A stretch of DNA of 64,000 bases from Macrostomum hystrix (taxonomy: Eukaryota; Animalia; Platyhelminthes), in the NCBI GenBank assembly GCA_950097015.1, contig CATNEN010000003.1, forward strand, positions 3,534,001 through 3,598,000. The letters are read 5' to 3'. The position numbers and the translations under genes were made by a program. The notes beneath the pieces are model-generated. The model ran no database searches and was not told the DNA's origin. It saw nothing but the letters and a program-made list of their open reading frames with translations. Below are positions 33,694-46,829 of this stretch, in pieces. How positions within the stretch are numbered: the first letter of the stretch is position 1; each line of letters starts with the position of its first letter.

Positions 33694-35208
33694 CTAGGCT
33701 CCGTGTTCGCCGCCCCCAATGGCGTGATGCATCGCAGCCACCAAGGCCATCAGCAGGGCGCCGGTCAGAGCCAGCCCTGGCGAAGCCGGACCTTCTGGCA
33801 GGCGCGGCAAGATGTGCACAAAGGCCGCCTGCAGTCCCGCCCCGGAAGCTGCCACGAGGAGTGCGAATTGTACAGCCGTGCCAGCAGCCGAGTGCACGCT
33901 GGCCGTTAGACCCCCAAGCAACAGGGAGCCGGAGGCGGCAATCGAGTAGGCCACCAGGGCGAAGATGCCCCACCGTCTGGCAGAAGGGCTGCCGGCGCCG
34001 CCGCTGATGGCGTCACTCCAGGCCAGGCCGACAACCAGGCCGCAGCAGGCTTCGTGCAGACACTTGCCCAGGGCGATAAACAGCGGCGATGCCACGGTCA
34101 ACATGTTCGGCATTGCCAGGCCCTCCACAATGGCTTTTAGAAGCAGAGCGGCTGTGATTAGAGCAGCCGTGGTAGGGTCCTGCCGGTACGAAGTCAAATA
34201 TATGTACAGTTTTATCCAGACAGTAACTTATTGAGAACTTAAGAAAGTTTCCTATCCGATCTATCCGATGAATCAACTTCTAGAACGAAAAAATTATTTT
34301 CAAAATTTGGGGGAGCGATAAATGGGGCTTTGGTGACGCAATCAGGGGTGGTCGATTCAGGTGGAACTGAATCGATCGATAATTTTAATTGCTCTAGCGC
34401 TAACGCCAGTATACTGATGTACATACGCCAGTATACTGATGTACATACGTGGAGAGAAAGAAAGGGACGAAAGTAAATTAATCAATAAGGCAGAAAGGAG
34501 TGAGGAAGTCTGGGCAGATGTACATCCCCCGTGAGTGGGTGCCTGTTTACAGAATCTGTTTGCTGTACTGTTAAATCAAATCTCTCCAATTGCCCGAAAT
34601 GACGTCATCATAAAAGTGCACGTCACCTGCAGCGCAGAAGGTGTGGCATCCGAGCAGCAGCCGCCGCCATCTCCCGTCGTCGGCTCCGTCACCAGAGGCT
34701 TGGCCTCGTCGCTCTGAGCTCGCCGCCTTTTGATCTCCTCGAAGCCGCAGCGAATCAGCCAGAGCAGCAGGCAGGCACCGAGGCAGGCTGCCATCGGAGC
34801 TAGAGAGGCCGACGCTAAACAGCGATGGTTGCTTGAGCACAGCTGCTTGAAGGCCGCTGCGGTGGCTGGGATCAGACCGATGAACACCATCGCCAGGATT
34901 ACACCAACTCCCAGAGCGGTGAGGTAGCCAGTTGCCATGGCAACGCGCTGCCTATGATGCCTGAGTCGTTCGTTGCGCGCCGTTTGATCCGCCTTGTCGG
35001 CCTCGTCGACAGCCGCCGCCTTGGACGACACGATGCCAAGGATGACGCAGGGAGCCAGGGCGCTGATGAGGCAGACAGCCAGTGTGGCTATTGCTATGCC
35101 GGACAGTAGCGGCCATTGCCCGAAGGCCGTAGAAGTTGGCGGCGTTGTTGACGGCGAAGCGCTGGTGGAATAGACGGGAGCAATGCCGCCGTGACCGCTG
35201 TGATCCAT
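33694..35208 (-). CDS. Divergent ZIP (SLC39) family metal-transporter-like membrane protein, 2 exons, about 355 aa
   Basis: Exons 35208-34627 and 34179-33694 (both phase 0). About 8 hydrophobic helices. ZIP-like segments ALGVGVILAMVFIGLIP (TM2), KAIVEGLA (TM4), LHEACCG (TM5) and AASGAGLQAAFVHILP (TM7). His-containing termini. Confidence 0.8.
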
Positions 35209-35384
35209 GATCTGGCGATTCCAGGAAATTCACAATGCTAGTTAGAAAATTGCCTTTAAATTATTGTAATTTTCATCCGAAGCCACCCCCGAATCTACTC
35301 TAAGACGCTAAAGGACATAAACACAGAATTCGAACTTCAGACCTCTCGTTAAAAAGCTAGAAGCTATAATTAATAATAAAAAAA

Positions 35385-35628
35385 TTGATTACACCTGCCC
35401 CAATTGGGTCAGATGTGCAGCCGACAGCACAGCCGCAGAGCATGCGTACGGCTGTTCAGTCCATGGACTGGGGGGACGCCACACCCACCCTCAATTACCC
35501 CAGTTGATGCTGGTACCCATTTAACAGCTGGGTGAACTGAAGCAATGCAGAGTTAAGTGTCCTGCTAAAGGACACAAATTGTTCCAGTGGATTTGGGAAT
35601 CGAACCCCCGACGTTCAAGTCGCGAGTT
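35385..35628 (-). mobile_element. CORE-type SINE family 1, second copy (internal deletion, 5' truncated)
   Basis: Near-identical to 30372-30637. Confidence 0.88.
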
Positions 35629-35659
35629 TGGTGACACTAGACATAATTTCATATAATTT

Positions 35660-35915
35660 TGGTGACACTAGACCCGCAGCCAGCGAGGAGGCAATTCTGC
35701 CCATTTCGTGAGCTCACACAGGTGTGTACATCTGCCCTGACTTTCTCATCGTCAGGCAGTGTACACTCTCACTGCGCCTTGGAGGTTGGCCCTCAAGGGC
35801 GTAAATTGCACGACAAGCCCCCAAAGCCTTCTCTCCGCGGCTGCGCCCCAAATAAATGCAGAATCGAGCTTAGGTACCTTGGTGCGAGAGGCAGATGCGT
35901 TAACGGCGACTTAGG
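35660..35915 (-). mobile_element. tRNA-derived SINE family 2, most complete copy
   Basis: Minus strand has the tRNA-like head ttaacgcatctgcctctcgcaccaaggtacctaagctcgattc, then a body shared with 10425-10690 and 8600-8662. Confidence 0.8.
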
Positions 35916-36436
35916 ACTTTATCTTACCTTATTTTATAAAATCTGGATTTATTTCACTTCTCAGCGAATTGAGCAGGTTAATCTAGACTCAATTTTTCAT
36001 TTAATAATGTGAGCTAATATACAAACTGAAACATTCGTAGGAATGAACTAAGCTATATGTTATTGACTGAGTACTGCTCAGCACTTTATAAATGTTAACT
36101 ATTTGAGTCGTGGAGAGCCAGGCAAGCAGATTGTGACTTCCTTTGCAGATCGAATGCTGCGCGATCGTGTTCAGTACAGAAGAAAATGGTTAACTATTCT
36201 GTACTATGGGAGCGGAACTGTGCAAAGCAGGTGGAATCACAATTATTGGAAATAATTCAAACTGATCTGTTTAGACTGAGTTGGGGTGTATGGGTACACT
36301 AGATTAGACTGCGACTTGAACTATTTTGTGAGTATTCAGTTAGCGAGTACAAAAATATAGACACAGTTTTAGAACATTGTGACTGTGTGACAGGGTGGAA
36401 AATGCGCGAATGAATGGCCGTTTGGGGGGAATCGGA

Positions 36437-38755
36437 AAGGGGGGAGAATAGGGGAGAGGGGAGAATAGGAGAGGGAGGGGAGAATAGGAGAGGGAGGGGA
36501 GAATAGGAGAGAGAGGGGGAGAATAGGAGAGAGAGGGGAGAATAGGAGAGAGAGGGGAGAATAGGAGAGAGAGGGGAGAATAGGAGAGAGAGGGGAGAAT
36601 AGGAGAGAGAGGGGAGAATAGGAGAGAGAGGGGAGAATAGGAGAGAGAGGGGAGAATAGGAGAGAGAGGGGAGAATAGGGGAGAGGGGAGAATAGGAGAG
36701 AGAGGGGAGAATAGGGGAGAGAGGGGAGAATAGGAGAGAGAGGGGGAGAATAGGGGAGAGGGGAGAATAGGAGAGAGAGGGGAGAATAGGAGAGAGAGGG
36801 GAGAATAGGAGAGAGAGGGGGAGAATAGGGGAGAGGGGAAAATAGTAGAGAGAGGGGAGAATAGGAGAGAGAGGGGAGAATAGGAGAGAGAGGGGAGAAT
36901 AGGAGAGAGAGGGGAGAATAGGGGAGAGGGGAGAATAGGAGAGAGAGGGGAGAATAGGGGAGAGAGGGGAGAATAGGAGAGAGAGGGGGAGAATAGGGGA
37001 GAGGGGAAAATAGTAGAGAGAGGGGAGAATAGGAGAGAGAGGGGAGAATAGGAGAGAGAGGGGAGAATAGGAGAGAGAGGGGAGAATAGGAGAGAGAGGG
37101 GAGAATAGGAGAGAGAGGGGAGAATAGGAAAGAGAGGGGAGAATAGGAGAGAGAGGGGAGAATAGGAGAGAGAGGGGAGAATAGGGGAGAGGGGAGAATA
37201 GGAGAGAGAGGGGGAGAATAGGCGAGAGGGGAGAATAGGAGAGAGAGGGGGAGAATAGGGGAGAGGGGAAAATAGTAGAGAGAGGGGAGAATAGGAGAGA
37301 GAGGGGAGAATAGGAGAGAGAGGGGAGAATAGGAGAGACAGAGGGAAGAATAGGAGAGAGGGGAGAATAGGAGAGAGAGGGGGAGAATAGGGGAGAGGGG
37401 AAAATAGTAGAGAGAGGGGAGAATAGGAGAGAGAGGGGAGAATAGGAGAGAGAGGGGAGAATAGGAGAGAGAGGGGAGAATAGGAGAGAGAGGGGGAGAA
37501 TAGGCGAGAGGGGAGAATAGGAGAGAGAGGGGGAGAATAGGGGAGAGGGGAAAATAGTAGAGAGAGGGGAGAATAGGAGAGAGAGGGGAGAATAGGAGAG
37601 AGAGGGGAGAATAGGAGAGAGAGGGGAGAATAGGAGAGAGAGGGGAGAATAGGAGAGAGAGGGGAGAATAGGAGAGAGAGGGGAGAATAGGAGAGAGGGG
37701 GGAGAATAGGGGAGAGGGGGGAGAATAGGAGAGAGAGGGGAGAATAGGAGAGAGAGGGGAGAATAGTAGAGAGAGGGGAGAATAGGAGAGAGAGGGGAGA
37801 ATAGGAGAGAGAGGGGAGAATAGGAGAGAGAGGGGAGAATAGGGGAGAGGGGAGAATAGGAGAGAGAGGGGAGAATAGGGGAGAGGGGAGAATAGGAGAG
37901 AGAGGGGAGAATAGGGGAGAGGGGAGAATAGGAGAGAGAGGGGGAGAATAGGGGAGAGGGGAAAATAGTAGAGAGAGGGGAGAATAGGAGAGAGAGGGGA
38001 GAATAGGAGAGAGAGGGGAGAATAGGAGAGAGAGGGGAGAATAGGAAAGAGAGGGGAGAATAGGGGAGAGGGGAGAATAGGAGAGAGAGGGGAGAATAGG
38101 GGAGAGGGGAGAATAGGAGAGAGAGGGGAGAATAGGAGAGAGGGGGGAGAATAGGGAGAGGGGGGAGAATAGGAGAGAGAGTGGAGAATAGGGGAGAGGG
38201 GGGAGAATAGGAGAGAGAGGGGAGAATAGGAGAGAGAGGGGAGAATAGGGAGAGGGGGGAGAATAGGGGAGAGGGGGGAGAATAGGGGAGAGGGGAGAAT
38301 AGGGGAGAGGGGGGAGAATAGGGGAGAGGGGGGAGAATAGGGGAGAGGGGGGAGAATAGGGGAGAGGGGGGAGAATAGGGGAGAGGGGGGAGAATAGGGG
38401 AGAGGGGAGAATAGGGGAGAGGGGGGAGAATAGGGGAGAGGGGGGAGAATAGGGGAGAGAGGGGAGAATAGGGGAGAGGGGGGAGAAAAGGGGAGAGGGG
38501 GGAGAATAGGAGAGAGAGGGGAGAATAGGACAGAGAGGGGAGAATAGGAGAGAGAGGGGAGAATAGGAGAGAGAGGGGAGAATAGGGAGAGGGGGGAGAA
38601 TAGGGGAGAGGGGGGAGAATAGGGGAGAGGGGGGAGAATAGGAGAGAGAGGGGAGAATAGGGAGAGAGGGGAGAATAGGAGAGACAGAGGGGAGAATAGG
38701 AGAGAGAGGGGAGAATAGGAGAGAGAGGGGAGAATTGGGGAGAGAGGGAAGAATA
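36437..38755. repeat. About 19-bp polypurine minisatellite (GGGGAGAATAGGAGAGAGA)
   Basis: 2.3 kb of almost pure A/G on the + strand. Confidence 0.97.
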
Positions 38756-39239
38756 AGATGTAGATCAGAATTAGAGATTTTTAATGCAAAGTAGATAATA
38801 TGTTCAGAAAAACTAAAACGGATGGAATCTTACTGTTCAGACTTATTAGATTTTTTATTAAACATTCAAACAACTTATGGAAATCAAATTAACAAATTTT
38901 TGAAATTTCGAAATACGCGTAAGTTTTAACACCATGCTAACATAAAAATTGTACTCATTATTTTCGAGCAACTATTTAAAAATTTTTTTCAACAATTGAA
39001 AACATTAGAAAGAATTAAATTATTTGAATTATAACATTAGTTAAGCCTTGTTGGTACAGCTGAATAATTGTAATTATTTGAACATGCTTCAAGCCAACAG
39101 TAGCAGTGTTGCGATTTGCATTTATCTGGTATTTTCATAAGCTTTGAAATATACTGTCATTTCACCTGCCTTAGTATGACTCAAACTAGCTGATCGTGTG
39201 AAGCGGTTTAGCGGATATTTTGGAAGTAAAATTAGGATG

Positions 39240-39825
39240 AGAGTGGTGGGAGAATGGGGATCAGAGCTACTGGGAGAAGGGGGATCAGAGCTAGTGGGAG
39301 AATGGGGATCAGAGTGGTGGGAGAATGGGGATCAGAGCTAGTGGGAGAATGGGGATCAGAGTGGTGGGAGAATGTGGATCAGAGCTAGTGGGAGAATGGA
39401 GATCAGAGCTAGTGGGAGAATGGGGATCAGGGCTAGTGGGAGAATGGGGATCAGAGCTAGTGGGAGAATGGGGATCAGAGCTAGTGGGAGAATGGGGATC
39501 AGAGCTAGTGGGAGAATGGAGATCAGAGCTACTGAGCTAGTGGGAGAATGGGGATCAGAGTGGTGGGAGAATGGGGATCAGAGCTAGTGGGAGAATGGGA
39601 ATCAGAGCTAGTGGGAGAATGGGGATCAGAGTGGTGGGAGAATGGGATCAGAGCTAGTGGGAGAATGGGGATCAGAGCTAGTGGGAGAATGGGGATCAGA
39701 GTGGTGGGAGAATGGGATCAGAGCTAGTGGGAGAATGGGGATCAGAGCTAGTGGGAGAATAGGGATCAGAGCTACTGAGCTAGTGGGAGAATGGGGATCC
39801 GATTGATGGGAGAATGGGGAATAAG
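39240..39825. repeat. 24-bp minisatellite (GGGAGAATGGGGATCAGAGCTAGT)
   Basis: Visible periodicity with shorter gagtggtgggagaat variants. Confidence 0.95.
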
Positions 39826-39844
39826 GTGTTGAGATAATGAGGAA

Positions 39845-42800
39845 GAGTGTTTTAGGAGAATGGGGAACAGTGTTTTAGGAGAGTGGGGAACAGTGTTTTA
39901 GGAGAATGGGGAACAGTGTTTTAGGAGAATGGGGAACAGTGTTTTAGGAGAATGGGGAACAGTGTTTTAGGAGAATGGGGAACAGTGTTTTAGGAGAATG
40001 GGGAACAGTGTTTTAGGAGAATGGGGAACAGTGTTTTAGGAGAATGGGGAACAGTGTTTTAGGAGAATGGGGAACAGTGTTTTAGAAGAATGGGGAACAG
40101 TGTTTTAGGAGAATGGGGAACAGTGTTTTAGGAGAATGGGTAACAGTGTTTTAGGAGAATGGGGAACAGTGTTTTAGGAGAGTGGGGAACAGTGTTTTAG
40201 AAGAATGGGGAACAGTGTTTTAGGAGAATGGGGAACAGTGTTTTAGGAGAATGGGGAACAGTGTTTTAGGAGAATGGGGAACAGTGTTTTAGGAGAATGG
40301 GGAACAGTGTTTTAGGAGAATGGGGAACAGTGTTTTAGGAGAATGGGGAACAGTGTTTTAGGAGAATGGGGAACAGTGTTTTAGGAGAATGGGGAACAGT
40401 GTTTTAGGAGAATGGGGAACAGTGTTTTAGGAGAATGGGGAACAGTGTTTTAGGAGAATGGGGAACAGTGTTTTAGGAGAATGGGGAACAGTGTTTTAGA
40501 AGAATGGGGAACAGTGTTTTAGGAGAATGGGGAACAGTATTTTAGGAGAATGGGGAACAGTGTTTTAGGAGAATGGGGAACAGTGTTTTAGAAGAATGGG
40601 GAACAGTGTTTTAGGAGAATGGGGAACAGTATTTTAGGAGAATGGGGAACAGTGTTTTAGGAGAATGGGGAACAGTGTTTTAGGAGAATGGGGAACAGTG
40701 TTTTAGGAGAATGGGGAACAGTGTTTTAGGAGAATGGGGAACAGTGTTTTAGGAGAATGGGGAACAGTGTTCTAGAAGAATGGGGAACAGTGTTTTAGGA
40801 GAATGGGGAACAGTGTTTTAGGAGAATGGGGAACAGTGTTTTAGGAGAATGGGGAACAGTGTTTTAGGAGAATGGGGAACAGTGTTTTAGAAGAATGGGG
40901 AACAGTGTTTTAGGAGAATGGGGAACAGTGTTTTAGGAGAATGGGGAACAGTGTTTTAGGAGAATGGGGAACAGTGTTTTAGGAGAATGGGGAACAGTGT
41001 TTTAGGAGAATGGGGAACAGTGTTTTAGGAGAATGGGGAACAGTGTTTTAGGAGAATGGGGAACAGTGTTTTAGGAGAATGGGGAACAGTGTTTTAGAAG
41101 AATGGGGAACAGTGTTTTAGAAGAATGGGGAACAGTGTTTTAGGAGAATGGGGAACAGTGTTTTAGAAGAATGGGGAACAGTGTTTTAGAAGAATGGGGA
41201 ACAGTGTTTTAGAAGAATGGGGAACACTGTTTTAGGAGAATGGGGAACAGTGTTTTAGGAGAATGGGGAACAGTGTTTTAGGAGAATGGGGAACAGTGTT
41301 TTAGAAGAATGGGGAACAGTGTTTTAGGAGAATGGGGAACAGTGTTTTAGGAGAATGGGGAACAGTGTTTTAGAAGAATGGGGAACAGTGTTTTAGGAGA
41401 ATGGGGAACAGTGTTTTAGGAGAATGGGGAACAGTGTTTTAGAAGAATGGGGAACAGTGTTTTAGGAGAATGGGGAACAGTGTTTTAGGAGAATGGGGAA
41501 CAGTGTTTTAGAAGAATGGGGAACAGTGTTTTAGGAGAATGGGGAACAGTGTTTTAGAAGAATGGGGAACAGTGTTTTAGGAGAATGGGGAACAGTGTTT
41601 TAGGAGAATGGGGAACAGTGTTTTAGGAGAATGGGGAACAGTGTTTTAGAAGAATGGGGAACAGTGTTTTAGAAGAATGGGGAACAGTGTTTTAGGAGAA
41701 TGGGGAACAGTGTTTTAGGAGAATGGGGAACAGTGTTTTAGGAGAATGGGGAACAGTGTTTTAGGAGAATGGGTAACAGTGTTTTAGGAGAATGGGGAAC
41801 AGTGTTTTAGGAGAATGGGGAACAGTGTTTTAGGAGAATGGGGAACAGTGTTTTAGGAGAATGGGGAACAGTGTTTTAGAAGAATGGGGAACAGTGTTTT
41901 AGGAGAATGGGGAACAGTGTTTTAGAAGAATGGGTAACAGTGTTTTAGGAGAATGGGGAACAGTGTTTTAGAAGAATGGGTAACAGTGTTTTAGGAGAAT
42001 GGGGAACAGTGTTTTAGGAGAATGGGGAACAGTGTTTTAGAAGAATGGGGAACAGTGTTTTAAGAGAATGGGGAACAGTGTTTTAGGAGAATGGGGAACA
42101 GTGTTTTAGGAGAATGGGGAACAGTGTTTTAGGAGAATGGGGAACAGTGTTTTAGGAGAATGGGGAACAGTGTTTTAGAAGAATGGGGAACAGTGTTTTA
42201 GGAGAATGGGGAACAGTGTTTTAGGAGAATGGGGAACAGTGTTTTAGGAGAATGGGGAACAGTGTTTTAGGAGAATGGGGAACAGTGTTTTAGGAGAATG
42301 GGGAACAGTGTTTTAGGAGAATGGGGAACAGTGTTTTAGGAGAATGGGTAACAGTGTTTTAGGAGAATGGGGAACAGTGTTTTAGGAGAATGGGGAACAG
42401 TGTTTTAGAAGAATGGGGAACAGTGTTTTAGGAGAATGGGGAACAGTGTTTTAGGAGAATGGGGAACAGTGTTTTAGGAGAATGGGGAACAGTGTTTTAG
42501 GAGAATGGGGAACAGTGTTTTAGGAGAATGGGGAACAGTGTTTTAGGAGAATGGGGAACAGTGTTTTAGGAGAATGGGGAACAGTGTTTTAGGAGAATGG
42601 GGAACAGTGTTTTAGGAGAATGGGGAACAGTGTTTTAGGAGAATGGGGAACAGTGTTTTAGGAGAATGGGGAACAGTGTTTTAGAAGAATGGGGAACAGT
42701 GTTTTAAGAGAATGGGGAACAGTGTTTTAGGAGAATGGGGAACAGTGTTTTAGGAGAATGGGGAACAGTGTTTTAGGAGAATGGGGAACAGTGTTTTAGG

Positions 42801-45800
42801 AGAATGGGGAACAGTGTTTTAGGAGAATGGGGAACAGTGTTTTAGGAGAATGGGGAACAGTGTTTTAGGAGAATGGGGAACAGTGTTTTAGGAGAATGGG
42901 GAACAGTGTTTTAGGAGAATGGAGAACAGTGTTTTAGGAGAATGGGGAACAGTGTTTTAGGAGAATGGGGAACAGTGTTTTAGGAGAATGGGGAACAGTG
43001 TTTTAGAAGAATGGGGAACAGTGTTTTAGGAGAATGGGGAACAGTGTTTTAGGAGAATGGGGAACAGTGTTTTAGGAGAATGGGGAACAGTGTTTTAGGA
43101 GAATGGGGAACAGTGTTTTAGGAGAATGGGGAACAGTGTTTTAGAAGAATGGGGAACAGTGTTTTAGGAGAATGGGGAACAGTGTTTTAGGAGAATGGGG
43201 AACAGTGTTTTAGAAGAATGGGGAACAGTGTTTTAGGAGAATGGGGAACAGTGTTTTAGGAGAATGGGGAACAGTGTTTTAGGAGAATGGGGAACAGTGT
43301 TTTAGGAGAATGGGGAACAGTGTTTTAGAAGAATGGGGAACAGTGTTTTAGGAGAATGGGGAACAGTATTTTAGGAGAATGGGTAACAGTGTTTTAGGAG
43401 AATGGGGAACAGTGTTTTAGGAGAATGGGTAACAGTGTTTTAGGAGAATGGGGAACAGTGTTTTAGGAGAATGGGGAACAGTGTTTTAGGAGAATGGGGA
43501 ACAGTGTTTTAGAAGAATGGGGAACAGTGTTTTAGGAGAATGGGGAACAGTGTTTTAGGAGAATGGGGAACAGTGTTTTAGGAGAATGGGGAACAGTGTT
43601 TTAGGAGAATGGGGAACAGTGTTTTAGGAGAATGGGGAACAGTGTTTTAGGAGAATGGGGAACAGTGTTTTAGAAGAATGGGGAACAGTGTTTTAGGAGA
43701 ATGGGGAACAGTGTTTTAGGAGAATGGGGAACAGTGTTTTAGAAGAATGGGGAACAGTGTTTTAGGAGAATGGGGAACAGTGTTTTAGGAGAATGGGGAA
43801 CAGTGTTTTAGGAGAATGGGTAACAGTGTTTTAGAAGAATGGGGAACAGTGTTTTAGGAGAATGGGGAACAGTGTTTTAGGAGAATGGGGAACAGTGTTT
43901 TAGGAGAATGGGGAACAGTGTTTTAGGAGAATGGGGAACAGTGTTTTAGGAGAATGGGGAACAGTGTTTTAGGAGAATGGGGAACAGTGTTTTAGGAGAA
44001 TGGGGAACAGTGTTTTAGGAGAATGGGGAACAGTGTTTTAGGAGAATGGGGAACAGTGTTTTAGAAGAATGGGGAACAGTGTTTTAGGAGAATGGGGAAC
44101 AGTGTTTTAGGAGAATGGGGAACAGTGTTTTAGGAGAATGGGGAACAGTGTTTTAGGAGAATGGGGAACAGTGTTTTAGGAGAATGGGGAACAGTGTTTT
44201 AGAAGAATGGGGAACAGTATTTTAGGAGAATGGGGAACAGTGTTTTAGGAGAATGGGTAACAGTGTTTTAGAAGAATGGGGAACAGTGTTTTAGGAGAAT
44301 GGGGAACAGTGTTTTAGGAGAATGGGGAACAGTGTTTTAGGAGAATGGGGAACAGTGTTTTAGGAGAATGGGGAACAGTGTTTTAGAAGAATGGGGAACA
44401 GTGTTTTAGGAGAATGGGGAACAGTGTTTTAGGAGAATGGGGAACAGTGTTTTAGGAGAATGGGGAACAGTGTCTTAGGAGAATGGGGAACAGTGTTTTA
44501 GGAGAATGGGGAACAGTGTTCTAGAAGAATGGGGAACAGTGTTTTAGGAGAATGGGGAACAGTGTTCTAGAAGAATGGGGAACAGTGTTTTAGGAGAATG
44601 GGGAACAGTGTTTTAGGAGAATGGGGAACAGTGTTTTAGGAGAATGGGGAACAGTATTTTAGGAGAATGGGGAACAGTGTTTTAGGAGAATGGGTAACAG
44701 TGTTTTAGAAGAATGGGGAACAGTGTTTTAGGAGAATGGGGAACAGTGTTTTAGGAGAATGGGGAACAGTGTTTTAGAAGAATGGGTAACAGTGTTTTAG
44801 GAGAATGGGGAACAGTGTTTTAGAAGAATGGGGAACAGTGTTTTAGGAGAATGGGGAACAGTGTTTTAGGAGAATGGGTAACAGTGTTTTAGGAGAATGG
44901 GGAACAGTGTTTTAGGAGAATGGGTAACAGTGTTTTAGGAGAATGGGGAACAGCGTTTTAGAAGAATGGGGAACAGTGTTTTAGGAGAATGGGGAACAGT
45001 GTTTTAGGAGAATGGGGAACAGTGTTTTAGGAGAATGGGGAACAGTGTTTTAGAAGAATGGGGAACAGTGTTTTAGAAGAATGGGGAACAGTGTTTTAGG
45101 AGAATGGGGAACAGTGTTTTAGGAGAATGGGGAACAGTGTTTTAGGAGAATGGGGAACAGTGTTTTAGAAGAATGGGGAACAGTGTTTTAGAAGAATGGG
45201 GAACAGTGTTTTAGGAGAATGGGGAACAGTGTTTTAGGAGAATGGGGAACAGTGTTTTAGGAGAATGGGGAACAGTGTTTTAGGAGAATGGGGAACAGTG
45301 TTTTAGGAGAATGGGGAACAGTGTTTTAGGAGAATGGGGAACAGTGTTTTAGGAGAATGGGGAACAGTGTTTTAGAAGAATGGGGAACAGTGTTTTAGGA
45401 GAATGGGGAACAGTGTTTTAGGAGAATGGGGAACAGTGTTTTAGGAGAATGGGGAACAGTGTTTTAGAAGAATGGGGAACAGTGTTTTAGGAGAATGGGG
45501 AACAGTGTTTTAGGAGAATGGGGAACAGTGTTTTAGGAGAATGGGGAGCAGTGTTTTAGGAGAATGGGGAACAGTGTTTTAGGAGAATGGGGAACAGTGT
45601 TTTAGGAGAATGGGGAACAGTGTTTTAGGAGAATGGGGAACAGTGTTTTAGGAGAATGGGGAACAGTGTTTTAGGAGAATGGGGAACAGTGTTTTAGAAG
45701 AATGGGGAACAGTGTTTTAGGAGAATGGGGAACAGTGTTTTAGGAGAATGGGGAACAGTGTTTTAGGAGAATGGGGAACAGTGTTTTAGGAGAATGGGGA

Positions 45801-46160
45801 ACAGTGTTTTAGGAGAATGGGGAACAGTGTTTTAGGAGAATGGGGAACAGTGTTTTAGGAGAATGGGGAACAGTGTTTTAGAAGAATGGGGAACAGTGTT
45901 TTAGGAGAATGGGGAACAGTGTTTTAGGAGAATGGGGAACAGTGTTTTAGGAGAATGGGGAACAGTGTTTTAGGAGAATGGGGAACAGTGTTTTAGGAGA
46001 ATGGGGAACAGTGTTTTAGGAGAATGGGGAACAGTGTTTTAGGAGAATGGGGAACAGTGTTTTAGAAGAATGGGGAACAGTGTTTTAGGAGAATGGGGAA
46101 CAGTGTTTTAGGAGAATGGGGAACAGTGTTTTAGAAGAATGGGGAACAGTGTGGTGGGAG
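39845..46160. repeat. 23-bp minisatellite (AGGAGAATGGGGAACAGTGTTTT), about 270 copies
   Basis: 6.3-kb very homogeneous array. The main variants are agaagaa and gggtaac. Confidence 0.98.
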
Positions 46161-46829
46161 AATTGAGGCATAAGTGCTAAGAGAACAGGATATTCTGAGG
46201 TTCTCTTGACGACAAAAGACAGATGTGTGCGATAGGTAAAGGCACGAACAAAGGCTGTCATTCACAAACGGATTAAATTTTAATTACCTCACAGTTCGAG
46301 ATCAGTCACAGCTTGAGATGTTCTGTAGTTTTTAACAAGAATGTTTCAATTTTCTATTTTAAATTTACCTACTTGGCACATTCAGTTTGTTGTATAGCGT
46401 GGCAGTACAATAGGAGTACTTTTTGTCGAACAAAATGTGCCATTAGGCTGCGTGCAAGGGTAGGGTTTTAGGAGTGTGAGTATATCTCTCTCCCTGCGTA
46501 CTGAGTCCTTCTCAATCTCTGTATTTTATACCGATGTACATTAGAAACAGTTTGTCATTAATGTACATTCTCATGCACAGCTATGGTAGCAAAGTATCAT
46601 TGTGCAATACCACTCATATACCACTATCTTATTGTCTTGCACAAAACGTTAGAAAAACCTGTCCATTTCTTTAACGAGCTAAATGGTAGAATCGTTCAAA
46701 CGGCACATATACAGAAAATCTCTGACAATGGTTGGGGTTGGAGACAGCCCACCTTAGATTTATAAATACGTCACATTAATATTCTCGTAACAGTTTGTTT
46801 AGGTAGATAAGTTTATAATCTGATAAGAT

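Noticed and set aside
35690-35760. Hammerhead or HDV ribozyme in SINE family 2
   Set aside because: CTGACGA and CGAAA are present, but stem III with the UH cleavage site and the HDV nested pseudoknot could not be built by hand. Kept only as a structured-RNA candidate.
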